Source of the DNA: an uncultured Bdellovibrionales bacterium
GTDB taxonomy: Bacteria; Bdellovibrionota; FAC87; UBA2466
Direction: 5' to 3'
Length of the DNA stretch: 64,000 nt
Assembly (NCBI GenBank): GCA_937903155.1
Contig: CALCZU010000029.1
Span: 4,861 to 68,860, forward strand
Positions 10,145 through 20,004 of this stretch are shown here, piece after piece. The notes under the pieces are model-generated. The model searched no databases, was not told the origin of the DNA, and was given only the letters and a program-made list of their open reading frames with translations. Position 1 is the first letter of the stretch. Each line of letters starts with the position of its first letter. Both the position numbers and the translations under genes were made by a program.

Positions 10145-10919
10145 AGGCTTGGATCTCCTGTCTAGAAATTTGAGTTAAAGGAAAAAAAGAAATGAGCAGG
10201 TTATAGACTCGCTCGCGTTCACTGTCTCTTTCGAGGAAGGCTGTTAAATCCCTTCGAAAGGTATCGATCCGTGATTTTACTTCGCGAAGTCGCTTCGGAT
10301 GGATAGCGACCGTCATTGCAGATTGGTCCCGCATCGAAAATGGAAGGGTATTCACTGCTTCAATCGCTTTTTCAAGTAGTTGAGTCTGCAACTTGCGATG
10401 AGCGACCGATTTTTCAGGCGGTTCGGAGGTCGTGCTATCTCCCGCGATATCTTCAAAACTACCGTCCGAATGAATGACAAGCATTTTAAGACGCACCAAA
10501 CGCTCAATCGCTGACTGCGCGAGATTTGGAGTGATACCGAGTTCTTTACCTATCCACTTTGCGTTGGGGTTAAACGTTTTAGTTCGAGTGAGTTCAAGAA
10601 TTGCAAAATGGTACCAATCACTCACGACGCTAAAAGAGTCCAAAGAAAGCCGATTGTAAGCAATCGGAGCATCGGATTCAAAGCGGAGTTTCTCCTTGGG
10701 TCCCAGTCCTATTCTGTGAGAGATTTTTTCGAACATGGGGCGCGTAATAATCCGCTTACCCGTTAAAATTTTTGAAAGGGTCGAAGAATCGAGATTAAGT
10801 CTTCCGGCGTAAGCCCTCAGCGAATACTTCGAATTGCGACGGCACGAAGCTTCGTACTCTTCCAATAGATAGAGTCTGAACTCATCGCTCAAACGTAAGT
10901 GAGTCTCTCGTCGCGCCAT
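10134..10919 (-). CDS. HTH-containing hypothetical protein (TIGR02147-like family, tentative)
   Basis: The HTH-like segment is SKYSLRAYAGRLNLDSSTLSKILTGKR. It overlaps the downstream gene by 11 nt. I prefer the start MARRETHL; an alternative is 10970. Confidence 0.5.
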   Translation of the reverse strand: MARRETHLRLSDEFRLYLLEEYEASCRRNSKYSLRAYAGRLNLDSSTLSKILTGKRIITRPMFEKISHRIGLGPKEKLRFESDAPIAYNRLSLDSFSVVSDWYHFAILELTRTKTFNPNAKWIGKELGITPNLAQSAIERLVRLKMLVIHSDGSFEDIAGDSTTSEPPEKSVAHRKLQTQLLEKAIEAVNTLPFSMRDQSAMTVAIHPKRLREVKSRIDTFRRDLTAFLERDSERERVYNLLISFFPLTQISRQEIQAYEN

Positions 10920-11028
10920 GGCCGAGGTCTTAACAAAGTAACAAAATGTTCGCAATGGTTTTCGACGCAATGTGCGGCTCGAGGGAGCCGCAACTCATTG
11001 GTGGCAATTTTCAAAGTTCCATAGACGC

Positions 11029-11265
11029 TTACTTTTTTCGCTCGGCTTTAATAGCGTCGATCACATTTTGGATTTCGGGAAAGCTTCCATCCAGCGCACT
11101 CTTCGCCTTATAGGCTTCTCGAACACTCAACACTTGAGATGGGGTGAGGGTCTGAGTCTTGTCGAGTTCGATGATTTGCGAAGTGAGCCGATCCAGTGAT
11201 TTTGCTTCTGGTTCAAAGGCCGAAACTGAATGAGTGCTCAAAAGTGATGAATGATATCCCCCCAC
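11029..11265 (-). CDS. Small hypothetical protein
   Basis: A 78-aa ORF with no competing gene. Confidence 0.35.
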   Translation of the reverse strand: MGGYHSSLLSTHSVSAFEPEAKSLDRLTSQIIELDKTQTLTPSQVLSVREAYKAKSALDGSFPEIQNVIDAIKAERKK

Positions 11266-11362
11266 ACCTTCTCGCTAACTCCTCGATATGCTTTGCTTAA
11301 GGACTTTCCCGCAGAAGACGAGGATGAATTGTCAAAAATGTAGTCAGAATTTTATTGAGCAC

Positions 11363-11392
11363 CTGCGGCTCGCTCGAGCCGCAGGTGCTTTG
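11363..11392 (-). terminator. Hairpin downstream of the S41 peptidase gene
   Basis: GCACCTGCGGCTC-GCTC-GAGCCGCAGGTGC has a perfect 13-bp stem. The flanking sequence is A/T-rich rather than a clean U-tract. Confidence 0.4.
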
Positions 11393-11426
11393 TCCCGAAT
11401 CGGTCGGATATTGGAATCAAAGAACT

Positions 11427-13181
11427 TTAAAAAATCTCTTTTAAATTTTTAAAGATATTTTTTTCGATCGTTGAGCCACGAGGAGGCAAAGGAAGATCAT
11501 AACTCATTTCCATGGGTGCTTCTTCTTGAACCTCGTTCGGATTATTCGCTAAGCAAGTCGCTGCATCGACGGCAGAGAGGAGCTGGTAATCAGGAGGAAT
11601 CGCGTTGCTGAGATTTTTTTCATAGGTCTTAGCGGCGCGTCCTGAATCTCCCATACATTTTGTCAAAGCAGCAACGGCGTTAGGACGCGGTTGTTTCCAG
11701 GGTTTTCCTAAGGCGGGAAGTGCTTGGTATTCATCTTCTTCGCGATAGGCCACCTGATCATCTTTAGTCGGATTTGGGACTACAGGCACCGCAATATCGG
11801 GAATGACTCCTTCAATCTGATTCGTTCTGCCACTTGGTAAATGAAAGCGCGCGATTGTTTTTAGAATCGTAAACTTTCCCTTTCGGACGACGGTTTGCAC
11901 TGTTCCTTTGCCGAAAGAACGGTCGCCCATAATGTAACTGCGTTTGTAGTCTTGTAACGCTCCGGAGACTAACTCGGAAGCGCTTGCCGAATTTGAATTG
12001 ATTAAAGTGACCATCGGCAACTTTGTCAGGGCGTCTTTTTTCGTTTTGAGATCTTCATCCGGCAATCGAACGAGCGATTTTATCAACACGACCGTCTTAA
12101 GCTTTTCCAAAAAAAGATTTCCGATACAAACGGCTTGATCGAGAAGTCCTCCGCCATTTCCTCTCAAATCAAAAATGATTGCCTTAGCGCCCTTCTTTTC
12201 AACTTCGCTAATTTTTTTCCCGAGATCTTCACAACCAGTAGGTTTCATGAAACTGCGAAATTTAACGTACCCAAGCGTCGGATTCGATTCGGCAACGATT
12301 TCGCCCACAGAATTTTCGACGCGGATCTCGGCGCGCACGATAGAAAACTCTTTGCGCACCCCTTGACGAATGACGGTGATCTTGACCGTTGTTCCTTTTT
12401 CGCCGCGGATTTGATCCACAAGGTCGCCAAGTTCGATATCTTCTGCTTTCTTTCCGTCGACCGCGGTAATAATATCGCCCGCTTTGATTCCGGCTGTGAT
12501 GGCAGGCCCCCCTTCAATCGGAGAAGCCACCACAAAAATTTTCTTCCCCTCTTTTGAAACCGCTTTTAAGTTCGCTCCGATTCCAACAAAGTTGTCTTCC
12601 TTGCTATCTTCTTCGAGAAGTGCTGTGGGAGTGACTCGCGTGTGGGGATCGTTCGACATTGCAAGAATGGAATTCACTCCTGCTGCAGTCACTGCCGACT
12701 CGTTATCCGTGAAGAACTTTTGCTGTGTGACCCACTTAATGATGTCTTCGTACGGGACTCTAACGGCCTTTTTGTCGGCATAGAGATCCGACCAGCCTTT
12801 AAGGCTCAGTGCGCGTTCTTTTTTATTGAATTCGTAAATTTCGGACAGAGAGTCGGAAGCCAGTTTCTTAATACCGACCAAAGAGAGCGGGCCAAAGGTG
12901 AGTTCCGTTTTTCCAAATCCTTTTTCAGTCGTTACCCGCTCAGAAGGCACTAGGGTGATTCCCAGTTTTGACTGAGACAGCATGGCATTCATCGCGTAGT
13001 TACACTGGAGAAAATCTTTTTCGCTGTCGTAACACGCTTTTTCATTGAGAGCCGGTTCTAGCTGGTCGCTAAACTTCCAACCCACTTCTTTCCAGTATTC
13101 CTCCATCGTTTTTCGGCTATCCGCTTTTGCGACCGAGATGAAAGCCAACGATACGACACATGAAAAAACGAATTTTTTCAT
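11427..13181 (-). CDS. ctpA: C-terminal processing (tail-specific) peptidase, S41 family
   Basis: Signal peptide. PDZ segment GPAITAGIKAGDIITAVDG. S41 blocks IIFDLRGNGGG, the SASASE nucleophile, and GDRSFGKGTVQ. AAGGGGAG RBS. Confidence 0.85.
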   Translation of the reverse strand: MKKFVFSCVVSLAFISVAKADSRKTMEEYWKEVGWKFSDQLEPALNEKACYDSEKDFLQCNYAMNAMLSQSKLGITLVPSERVTTEKGFGKTELTFGPLSLVGIKKLASDSLSEIYEFNKKERALSLKGWSDLYADKKAVRVPYEDIIKWVTQQKFFTDNESAVTAAGVNSILAMSNDPHTRVTPTALLEEDSKEDNFVGIGANLKAVSKEGKKIFVVASPIEGGPAITAGIKAGDIITAVDGKKAEDIELGDLVDQIRGEKGTTVKITVIRQGVRKEFSIVRAEIRVENSVGEIVAESNPTLGYVKFRSFMKPTGCEDLGKKISEVEKKGAKAIIFDLRGNGGGLLDQAVCIGNLFLEKLKTVVLIKSLVRLPDEDLKTKKDALTKLPMVTLINSNSASASELVSGALQDYKRSYIMGDRSFGKGTVQTVVRKGKFTILKTIARFHLPSGRTNQIEGVIPDIAVPVVPNPTKDDQVAYREEDEYQALPALGKPWKQPRPNAVAALTKCMGDSGRAAKTYEKNLSNAIPPDYQLLSAVDAATCLANNPNEVQEEAPMEMSYDLPLPPRGSTIEKNIFKNLKEIF

Positions 13182-13316
13182 TCAACTCCCCTTCATTTAC
13201 AGGCACATTTTTATGCCATGAACTCTTTTTTGAACCGTAAAGAAGGGGTCAACGCATTGCAAAACATATCGTTGATACGTCTTAACAAATGTCCGCTCAG
13301 TTGTTGAAAATCTTTA

Positions 13317-14054
13317 TTAAAACCAATTAAAGTCGGACTCTATTCCTAAAACAGCATAATGAATCCACGCGAACGTATAGACGCGATCATTATCGGCGCC
13401 GCCCTCCAACGTGCGGTAACCGCCGTAGATCCTCCATTTTTCATTAAGGTTGTAGACTGCTTTTAAAAGAACATCCTCTGCCCTTCCCTGAGGTGCGGCC
13501 AATGCATCGGCAATCATTGAAAGAGTCAGTTTATCATCAATTTGCCAGTCCAACTCAAAATGAAGCAAAGGAACAAAACCTAAGTTGGGACTTTCTTTTA
13601 CTGTAATCCCATCCGAGATTCGGATCTGCGCATCCCTCACTTTAGCGGTAACTCCCAATGTGTAACGAAAACGACTTTCGGGATTGAAGGTATACAGATA
13701 GCTCAAACGATAGGAGTTAAACTTGTAGTTTGCGTTTAAAATCTGATTGCCAGAAAAGGTATGATCCAAAAATTTAAAATTTGAAACAGCATAAAACGAG
13801 GTTGTGGAAGAGTAAGGCGCGAACAAAAGTTTAAAGGCGTGGTGAGGAGTCGCTTGCCAGCGCCCTTCGAGTCTCACACTGTAGTTCGGCCCCTTCTCTG
13901 TTTGCGCGAGATCCACCCGAGTTCCGTCAGAGCCGGAAATATTAAACTCGTTTTTACCCTGCCACGCCGGCCCTTGCTCGAGGGTTATGTTCACGATGGC
14001 AAAAGAGAAAGAAGAAAAACAAACCCATATCATCAGGAGAGAGAGACGTTGCAT
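13317..14054 (-). CDS. Outer-membrane beta-barrel protein
   Basis: Signal peptide, alternating-hydrophobic strands, and a C-terminal aromatic ending ...SDFNWF. GAGGAGG upstream. Confidence 0.6.
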   Translation of the reverse strand: MQRLSLLMIWVCFSSFSFAIVNITLEQGPAWQGKNEFNISGSDGTRVDLAQTEKGPNYSVRLEGRWQATPHHAFKLLFAPYSSTTSFYAVSNFKFLDHTFSGNQILNANYKFNSYRLSYLYTFNPESRFRYTLGVTAKVRDAQIRISDGITVKESPNLGFVPLLHFELDWQIDDKLTLSMIADALAAPQGRAEDVLLKAVYNLNEKWRIYGGYRTLEGGADNDRVYTFAWIHYAVLGIESDFNWF

Positions 14055-14189
14055 GGGATAAAACTAACCTCCTCTGAAGACAAAGTGAATCAGTTTAATG
14101 TTTTTCTGTACCCTTTTTCGAGACTTAACGCGTCGTTTTTTTAACTGTTTGATATTGAGTTCCCGGGAGAATCGGCCGATAAGCATCAC

Positions 14190-14834
14190 ATGAAAATAAT
14201 CTCTTTTTTAATGGTGCTCTTATCTTTCGCAAAAGCCGAAGTGAAAAATCCTCTCCCTTGCGCTGATGAAAACTGCGTGACTTGTGAAACAACGCAGATT
14301 CCAGAACCAGCCATCTCAAAATGTACTCGATGCGCTTCAGGATTTGTCTATTCGAAATCGGAACAAATGTGCGTGCATTGCGCCAAAGGAACCGACGCTC
14401 AACAAACGAAGTGTTTAGAATGTAGCGCCGAATGCGCCATTTGCGATGAACGCGGATATTGCGCAGATTGCCTTTGGGACCAGGCCATCGATGGAAAATG
14501 TTCGCTCCCTCAGTGTAAGCTCGGAATCTATAGTCCTCTTGAAAGAAAATGTGTTGCCGTCCCGACGACGACGACCACAATCCCATCGACGAATCCCATT
14601 GAGTCTCCCTTACCGCGCACAAGTATTCCACTTGTACCGACTCCGATTTCTTCGCCAACGCCATGTAAGGCAGGAGATTCAAAATGTAATTTTAGTTCCC
14701 CCACTCCGATCCCACCCGTGCGCGGGGCCGTGGTACCGTCCGTAACCTCTAGCAGTGTTTGTAAGGTCGGAGACGAGAATTGTGCCTGGGATCGGAAAGT
14801 TCCAGCGAAAGCGAGTCCGAGAACGTCTAAATAA
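14190..14834 (+). CDS. Secreted CxxC-repeat cysteine-rich protein with Pro/Thr-rich tail
   Basis: Signal peptide. At least 8 CxxC pairs (CVTC, CTRC, CVHC, CLEC, CAIC, CADC...). Then PTTTTTIPSTNP...PTPISSPTP. Confidence 0.7.
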   Translation: MKIISFLMVLLSFAKAEVKNPLPCADENCVTCETTQIPEPAISKCTRCASGFVYSKSEQMCVHCAKGTDAQQTKCLECSAECAICDERGYCADCLWDQAIDGKCSLPQCKLGIYSPLERKCVAVPTTTTTIPSTNPIESPLPRTSIPLVPTPISSPTPCKAGDSKCNFSSPTPIPPVRGAVVPSVTSSSVCKVGDENCAWDRKVPAKASPRTSK

Positions 14835-14918
14835 ATTTTCGTCGTGCGCTCTTTTAGTCCTACTTTAGGGCTTGTGATTTTTATTTACCTCAGATAGCCA
14901 TCGCCTTGAGGTGTCACG

Positions 14919-15635
14919 ATGAAAATGTTTTTACTAGGTGCTTTTGTATGGGCAAACGTTGCCTCCGCGGGCTGTTTGGACAATCCTATTTTTCAAGGAT
15001 TGGCACGCGCGATTTGGCCGGCTAACCATTCTATCGGGAAATTAATTGATGCTCGATTCCGTGGGGCAATACCCGAGGCGATCATCTACACCCAATACCA
15101 CCGAGGATTTACGGTTTATCAGCTGAAAAATTCTGAAGAGTTAGCCAATGCAGTGGCCGATGGGTTATCTCAATTTAAAATCGAAGTGGGATTAGGTTTC
15201 TGGCAAAGCGTCGGAAAGCCCGCCGGTGCCCGATATGTGGATGTGGACGGGAAAACGACTGCTTTATCCTTACTAACCGACACTCAAGCTTTCATCGAAA
15301 CTATCGCGTTTGAAGGAAAAGGAAAAGTTCGACTCGATTTCGTTCCTAATCGGGAGAGGCATACCTCTTCCAGTACCTGGTACGCGCCGAGCGGCGACCA
15401 AATGTTGGAGACGGTTTTAAAACATTTAGTGGCTAAAGGAATCGATCGCGCGATCGTAGATAAAAACCTAAACGAGATCTTTAGAGACTTCAGCAAGGCC
15501 CTCCAAGTCTCAGTGACCTTAGACTGGAATCTCTTAGAAGGACGAAATAAAGACAAACTGAGAAGCCTCCTCGATTGCATTCACGAGACAGTTTCTCGCC
15601 CCTATGAACTCCATTATCCCTCGCGGGAAGGCTAA
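14919..15635 (+). CDS. Secreted hypothetical protein
   Basis: Signal peptide MKMFLLGAFVWANVASA. Confidence 0.6.
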   Translation: MKMFLLGAFVWANVASAGCLDNPIFQGLARAIWPANHSIGKLIDARFRGAIPEAIIYTQYHRGFTVYQLKNSEELANAVADGLSQFKIEVGLGFWQSVGKPAGARYVDVDGKTTALSLLTDTQAFIETIAFEGKGKVRLDFVPNRERHTSSSTWYAPSGDQMLETVLKHLVAKGIDRAIVDKNLNEIFRDFSKALQVSVTLDWNLLEGRNKDKLRSLLDCIHETVSRPYELHYPSREG

Positions 15636-15636
15636 C

Positions 15637-15912
15637 CTACCACTCCCAGGAAAACGTCCCCGTTGCGCTCGCGACTTTGTATTCGCACGCGTTTGTCCCA
15701 ATTTTTACTACGTTTTCATTCCATCCCAAGGGGGGATGAGGATGTTTCAAATATTCATTGGCTTGACGATAAGCATCTTGTCTCGCCAGTAGGACAAGCG
15801 TGTTATCGCTCACGTCGCACTCGCCCTTCGCTTGACCTTTGTACGTAGCTTTTTGCCAACTGGCCATCGTGGTTGCGGATAATAGTAAACACATAAAAAT
15901 AGTTTTCATCAC
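15637..15912 (-). CDS. Small secreted hypothetical protein
   Basis: AAGGAGAAGTG upstream. Signal peptide. Confidence 0.5.
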   Translation of the reverse strand: MMKTIFMCLLLSATTMASWQKATYKGQAKGECDVSDNTLVLLARQDAYRQANEYLKHPHPPLGWNENVVKIGTNACEYKVASATGTFSWEW

Positions 15913-15989
15913 TTCTCCTTTATTGAAATAAGATAATGCTTAAGAGTGAATGACAAAAATTAAAAAACGCTATCGATACGATTAGAAAA

Positions 15990-16397
15990 TCAAGGTTTCA
16001 CGGCGTGACAAGGGAGATTCTTAAATTCCACGTTCGGAGTGGTGGTTCCGAAACGGTAATCCATTAAAATTTCTTTTCCGTCGTCTTTAATCTCAACTTC
16101 CGCTTTAAAGACTAACGGCACAGGAGGGAATGTGACTACTGGCCCGTTCACTAAAAGAATTGCCTTAAATTTTGCACTCCAATTATCAGCATTTGGCTTC
16201 CAATTTATCGGTTCAATCGTCCAGCCTTCTTCTTTGTCCAAATCCTGATGCCAGACTTTTTGAGTCGATTTATTGAGAGCGATGAACAACGATTTTCCAC
16301 TGCAAACCAGTTCTGACTGACTGAGAACCTCTTCTGGAGAAATCGAAAACGCGGTGATAGACGAAAAGAAAACCAAAGCCGCAAAAACAACTTTCAT
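15990..16397 (-). CDS. Small secreted hypothetical protein
   Basis: Signal peptide MKVVFAALVFFSSITAFS. Confidence 0.55.
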   Translation of the reverse strand: MKVVFAALVFFSSITAFSISPEEVLSQSELVCSGKSLFIALNKSTQKVWHQDLDKEEGWTIEPINWKPNADNWSAKFKAILLVNGPVVTFPPVPLVFKAEVEIKDDGKEILMDYRFGTTTPNVEFKNLPCHAVKP

Positions 16398-16608
16398 ATA
16401 CCTTCCCTCACCCTTTCCAAAACGATGAACGCAAACCGTATCGCAATCGGAGTGGATGAAGGAAAATAAATTTTTCTCAGAATTACAAATTTATAACTTT
16501 TGTGCACGCATCGTTTGATAACAAAGGAATTCGTTATTTGATTTGAAGTTTGTGGCTTGAGTCCAGGTTTAGTATGACATTTAGAAATTCTCGTTTTTGG
16601 AGGTTCTT

Positions 16609-17058
16609 ATGAAACAAATATTCGTCGTTCTGTTCTTGGGAGTTGCAATTTCTTACGCGAGCTTCGCAGGTGAAGTTGAAAATCGGTGTGAATTTACACT
16701 TCGAAACGGAGTAAAAAACGCTGACGGAATTTTATCTATCAGCGAAAAGGACGGAAAACTTTCGGGATATTGGAATCTGACTCAAGACGGTCAAAAAAGT
16801 AAAGATGTCGAGCTGAAAAAACTTGAACTTCAAGTATGGCCTAATGGCGCAGATCCTGAGTCTGGAGAAATCGTTAAAGCACAGGCCCTGAAGCTGATTA
16901 AATATCTCACTATCAAACCTCGGGAAGTTGCCAAAGTAAAAATCTTCGTAAACATGGATTTTCCGATGCTCGCTGAGTTAGTTGTTTTCATTGGCGATGG
17001 AGGAAAGGTCCTCGGTAAAGTAGGGACTCTCGGCGAGACTTTCGCCTGCAAAAAATAA
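16609..17058 (+). CDS. Small secreted hypothetical protein
   Basis: An ATG at 16609 sits 5 nt after GGAGG. Signal peptide MKQIFVVLFLGVAISYASFA. Confidence 0.6.
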   Translation: MKQIFVVLFLGVAISYASFAGEVENRCEFTLRNGVKNADGILSISEKDGKLSGYWNLTQDGQKSKDVELKKLELQVWPNGADPESGEIVKAQALKLIKYLTIKPREVAKVKIFVNMDFPMLAELVVFIGDGGKVLGKVGTLGETFACKK

Positions 17059-17118
17059 ATCTCCGGTGCGGAAACTTTGGCGTTATTAGCTTTTTTCTTC
17101 ACATTTGAAAGAAGTCTA

Positions 17119-17664
17119 TCATGCGGAAGGTCGCTCCCGTTTTATGGCAAGATGCAAAGCGAAGGCAAAAGCAGTTCCCATCACCAATCCGGCAAAAACA
17201 TCCGTCGGATAATGAACCCCTAAGTAGATGCGCGAAAAACCAATTAGCAGGATTAGAAGCGTCGCAACGCCTAAAACGATTTTCCTTAAAGTCTTGATTC
17301 GACAACAGGCCATCAGCGCTACGGTGAACCAAAACGTTGCAGCATTTACAGAATGTCCACTGGGAAACGAAAATCCATCAACAGACATGAGTCGATAAAC
17401 CAAGTCAGGCCGGTCCCTAGCAAAAATAGATTTTAGAACGTTAAAAAAAATCCCGCCGCCGCAGACTGCGAGAGTCAGTTGCAAAACCAATCGATATTTT
17501 TTTGCTGCGAGCAACAAAAGACTCAAAACGACAGTTAAACTGAATGTTACGGCGCTCGATCCCAAGGAAGTGAAGTCTCGAAAAAATAGAGTCAGGTTTG
17601 GAGTTCTTAAACTGTAGATCGCGCTTGCTATCTGGTGATCCCATGAAACGATCATTTCCAGCAT
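17119..17664 (-). CDS. PAP2 family lipid phosphatase
   Basis: Motifs KSIFARDRP, PSGH and SRIYLGVHYPTD. The start overlaps the upstream stop. Confidence 0.75.
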   Translation of the reverse strand: MLEMIVSWDHQIASAIYSLRTPNLTLFFRDFTSLGSSAVTFSLTVVLSLLLLAAKKYRLVLQLTLAVCGGGIFFNVLKSIFARDRPDLVYRLMSVDGFSFPSGHSVNAATFWFTVALMACCRIKTLRKIVLGVATLLILLIGFSRIYLGVHYPTDVFAGLVMGTAFAFALHLAIKRERPSA

Positions 17665-18437
17665 CAGCGAGTCCTCGCGTATTTCTCGACCTGCATTTTC
17701 TCAAAATCCAAAGAGGCCGCCAATTCCAGAAGCCTGACTTCGACGAAATCAGAATCAATGACGATTTCGTTAATCGAATTCTTACCCACCTCGCCTTCCC
17801 GACCTCGTGAGGAACTGGAAGTCCCACACTGGGCGAGCAATAACGATCGGCCTTTCGAATCAGAGATTTTCTGGGTCAAACGAGAGTGCGCATGTCCTGA
17901 CAAAACAAGATCCACTTTAGAATCTAAAAAAATACTTAAGAGTTTAGAGTCTTGAACGAAAAGGAGCGGATGGTGAAGTGCAACGATACGGAAATTACCG
18001 ACGGGTGATTTTTCAAACATTTTCTTAATAAATTCGAGTTTGCGGGTCCCAAGGCGACCATTTGAAATCCGTAAAAGTGGATGAGTCGAATCGACACCTA
18101 CGACCGTCAGCCCTGGGATCTCCAAAACAGGGTTTCGTTCGGCGGAGATCAACGATTGATACAAATGATAGGGCTGAAAAATCCTCTCCCAAATTCGAAA
18201 GAGTGGCAAATCGTGATTTCCCGGAATCACGAGGAGTGGTCGCCCATTTTGGGACAACTGTTCCAGAAATCTCCGCGCCTGAACAAACTGTTTGCGGCGA
18301 GCCCTTTGAGTCAAGTCGCCCGTAATGATCACGGCTTCAAAAGCATGTTTTTTCAAATGTTCCAAAATCGCATCGCCCGCGGCTTCGACGTAAGGGGGGC
18401 CAAAATGCAAATCAGAAAGTTGAAGGAGTCGAATCAT
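17664..18437 (-). CDS. Calcineurin-like metallophosphoesterase
   Basis: Motifs DLHFG, GDL, GNHD and GHAH. A 4-nt ATGA overlap joins it to the upstream gene. Confidence 0.8.
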   Translation of the reverse strand: MIRLLQLSDLHFGPPYVEAAGDAILEHLKKHAFEAVIITGDLTQRARRKQFVQARRFLEQLSQNGRPLLVIPGNHDLPLFRIWERIFQPYHLYQSLISAERNPVLEIPGLTVVGVDSTHPLLRISNGRLGTRKLEFIKKMFEKSPVGNFRIVALHHPLLFVQDSKLLSIFLDSKVDLVLSGHAHSRLTQKISDSKGRSLLLAQCGTSSSSRGREGEVGKNSINEIVIDSDFVEVRLLELAASLDFEKMQVEKYARTR

Positions 18438-19330
18438 TTCTGTTTATCCAAGGGCTTTGGAGTAAAAATCGTGAGACGCTCATTTAGTACTTCGTATGTC
18501 GCAGGGGTTTGGGACGTCACTTCTCCATCCGTATCGAGATTTATCTGAGGCACTGTTGTAATCGTAAAACGGGGAGCGCGCAGTAAATGGAGACCCTTGT
18601 CGGGGCTGTGTTTTTTTAGAAGATAAAGTGGGATGAGTGAAAAAACTCTCCACCCACTTGTAAAATGAGCGCTGAAAAGATCGAGCAAACCATCGTTTGC
18701 CGAGGCATCAGGTGCGATTGAAATACCAGAACCATAAAATTTTCCGTTGCAGATAGTAATTTGGCGGGATTTAAAGGAGTGCGTTTCTCCATTGCATTCC
18801 ACTTTTGCTTTAAAATATTTCGTTCGGTGCAAGAAACTAAAACTGTACGCGACATATGCCCAGAGACCCCAACGTTTTTTGTGGTTTGCGGGGACAATTT
18901 TATTCACTTGAGTGCTAAGTCCCATTCCCGAAACATTTAAAAAAGGGTTGCCGTTGACTTGCGCCACATCCACTTTCTGGGAATGCCCGTGCCCGATAAC
19001 TTGCGCCGCGCCCTCAATCGTCAAAGGAATCTCGAGAGTGCGAGCTAAGTTATTCGCCGTTCCTAAGGGAATGACTCCCAATGGAATCGCTTTTCCCAGA
19101 AGCGCTTTAGCGGCACAAAGTGAAGTGCCATCCCCTCCCGCTGTAATAACCATATCAATTTTGTCGGCGAAGCGATTAATCAGTTCCGCAAAGTGCCCGG
19201 GGTTTGACTCGGACGTCTCAATCAAATCGAGCCCAACATTGCGTAATGCCGGAGCGATTTTTTCTCGTAATTCTTTCGTCTGCCGAGCTCCACCATTGAT
19301 TAATAAAAGCGCACGTTTCATACGTGCCAT
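18434..19330 (-). CDS. Lipid kinase, diacylglycerol-kinase catalytic domain (YegS/BmrU-like)
   Basis: The GGDGT motif lies in an N-terminal Rossmann-like half. Confidence 0.75.
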   Translation of the reverse strand: MARMKRALLLINGGARQTKELREKIAPALRNVGLDLIETSESNPGHFAELINRFADKIDMVITAGGDGTSLCAAKALLGKAIPLGVIPLGTANNLARTLEIPLTIEGAAQVIGHGHSQKVDVAQVNGNPFLNVSGMGLSTQVNKIVPANHKKRWGLWAYVAYSFSFLHRTKYFKAKVECNGETHSFKSRQITICNGKFYGSGISIAPDASANDGLLDLFSAHFTSGWRVFSLIPLYLLKKHSPDKGLHLLRAPRFTITTVPQINLDTDGEVTSQTPATYEVLNERLTIFTPKPLDKQK

Positions 19331-19398
19331 CTTCCGCTACTTCAAGGTTCACGGCAAGCCATGGAAATAGATAAGCCGGCATATCCTTTGCTTAGAAG

Positions 19399-19892
19399 TT
19401 GGATCAGATGAACGACATCCAAAAATTGTACCGACTTCGAAGGCTCACTCAACTGCTCGACTCGGAGTTTAGAGGACCCTTTGGATGGAGATTCGGTCTA
19501 GACGGGCTCTTAGGTTTAATCCCCGTCGTGGGAGATTTTTTTACTTCGGCAGCCTCCCTTTACATCATCGGTCAAAGCGCTTTGATGGGAACGCCTCCTG
19601 CCATTCTTTTAAGAATGTTCTTCTGGAGAATTTTGTGGATATTATTCCCGGCGTCGGAAATATTTTCGATTTTTTTTGGAAAGCGAATCAAAAAAATCTT
19701 TGGTTACTCGAGTCCCATTTAGTCAGTCCAAAAGAAGTTAATTTTCGTTCGAAGCTTTTGCTATGTGCGATTCTTATCTTAGTTCTGTGTTTGATTGGAG
19801 TTTCGGGCTATGTGAGCTTTCAGATTTTGCAGAGTCTCTATCATTGGTTTTTTCCCGTAGTCGCACCTGGGGGATGGTATGTCCTGCTTTAG
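19399..19892 (+). pseudogene. DUF4112 membrane protein gene with internal frameshift
   Basis: Frame 1 encodes the first half (...RFGLDGLLGLIPVVGDF...AILLRM). The conserved second half (LLENFVDIIPGVGNIFDFFWKANQKNLWLL...) is in another frame from about 19617, consistent with a single missing base. Confidence 0.45.
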
Positions 19893-20004
19893 TGAGAACC
19901 GGAAATTGATTCGGATCTGTCCCCGTCGGCTATCACTTCTTTGAGTCAGAAAGCAGCTGAGAAAAATAACGAAATCTCATCACTGTATATGCGGGGCAAC
20001 CTCT

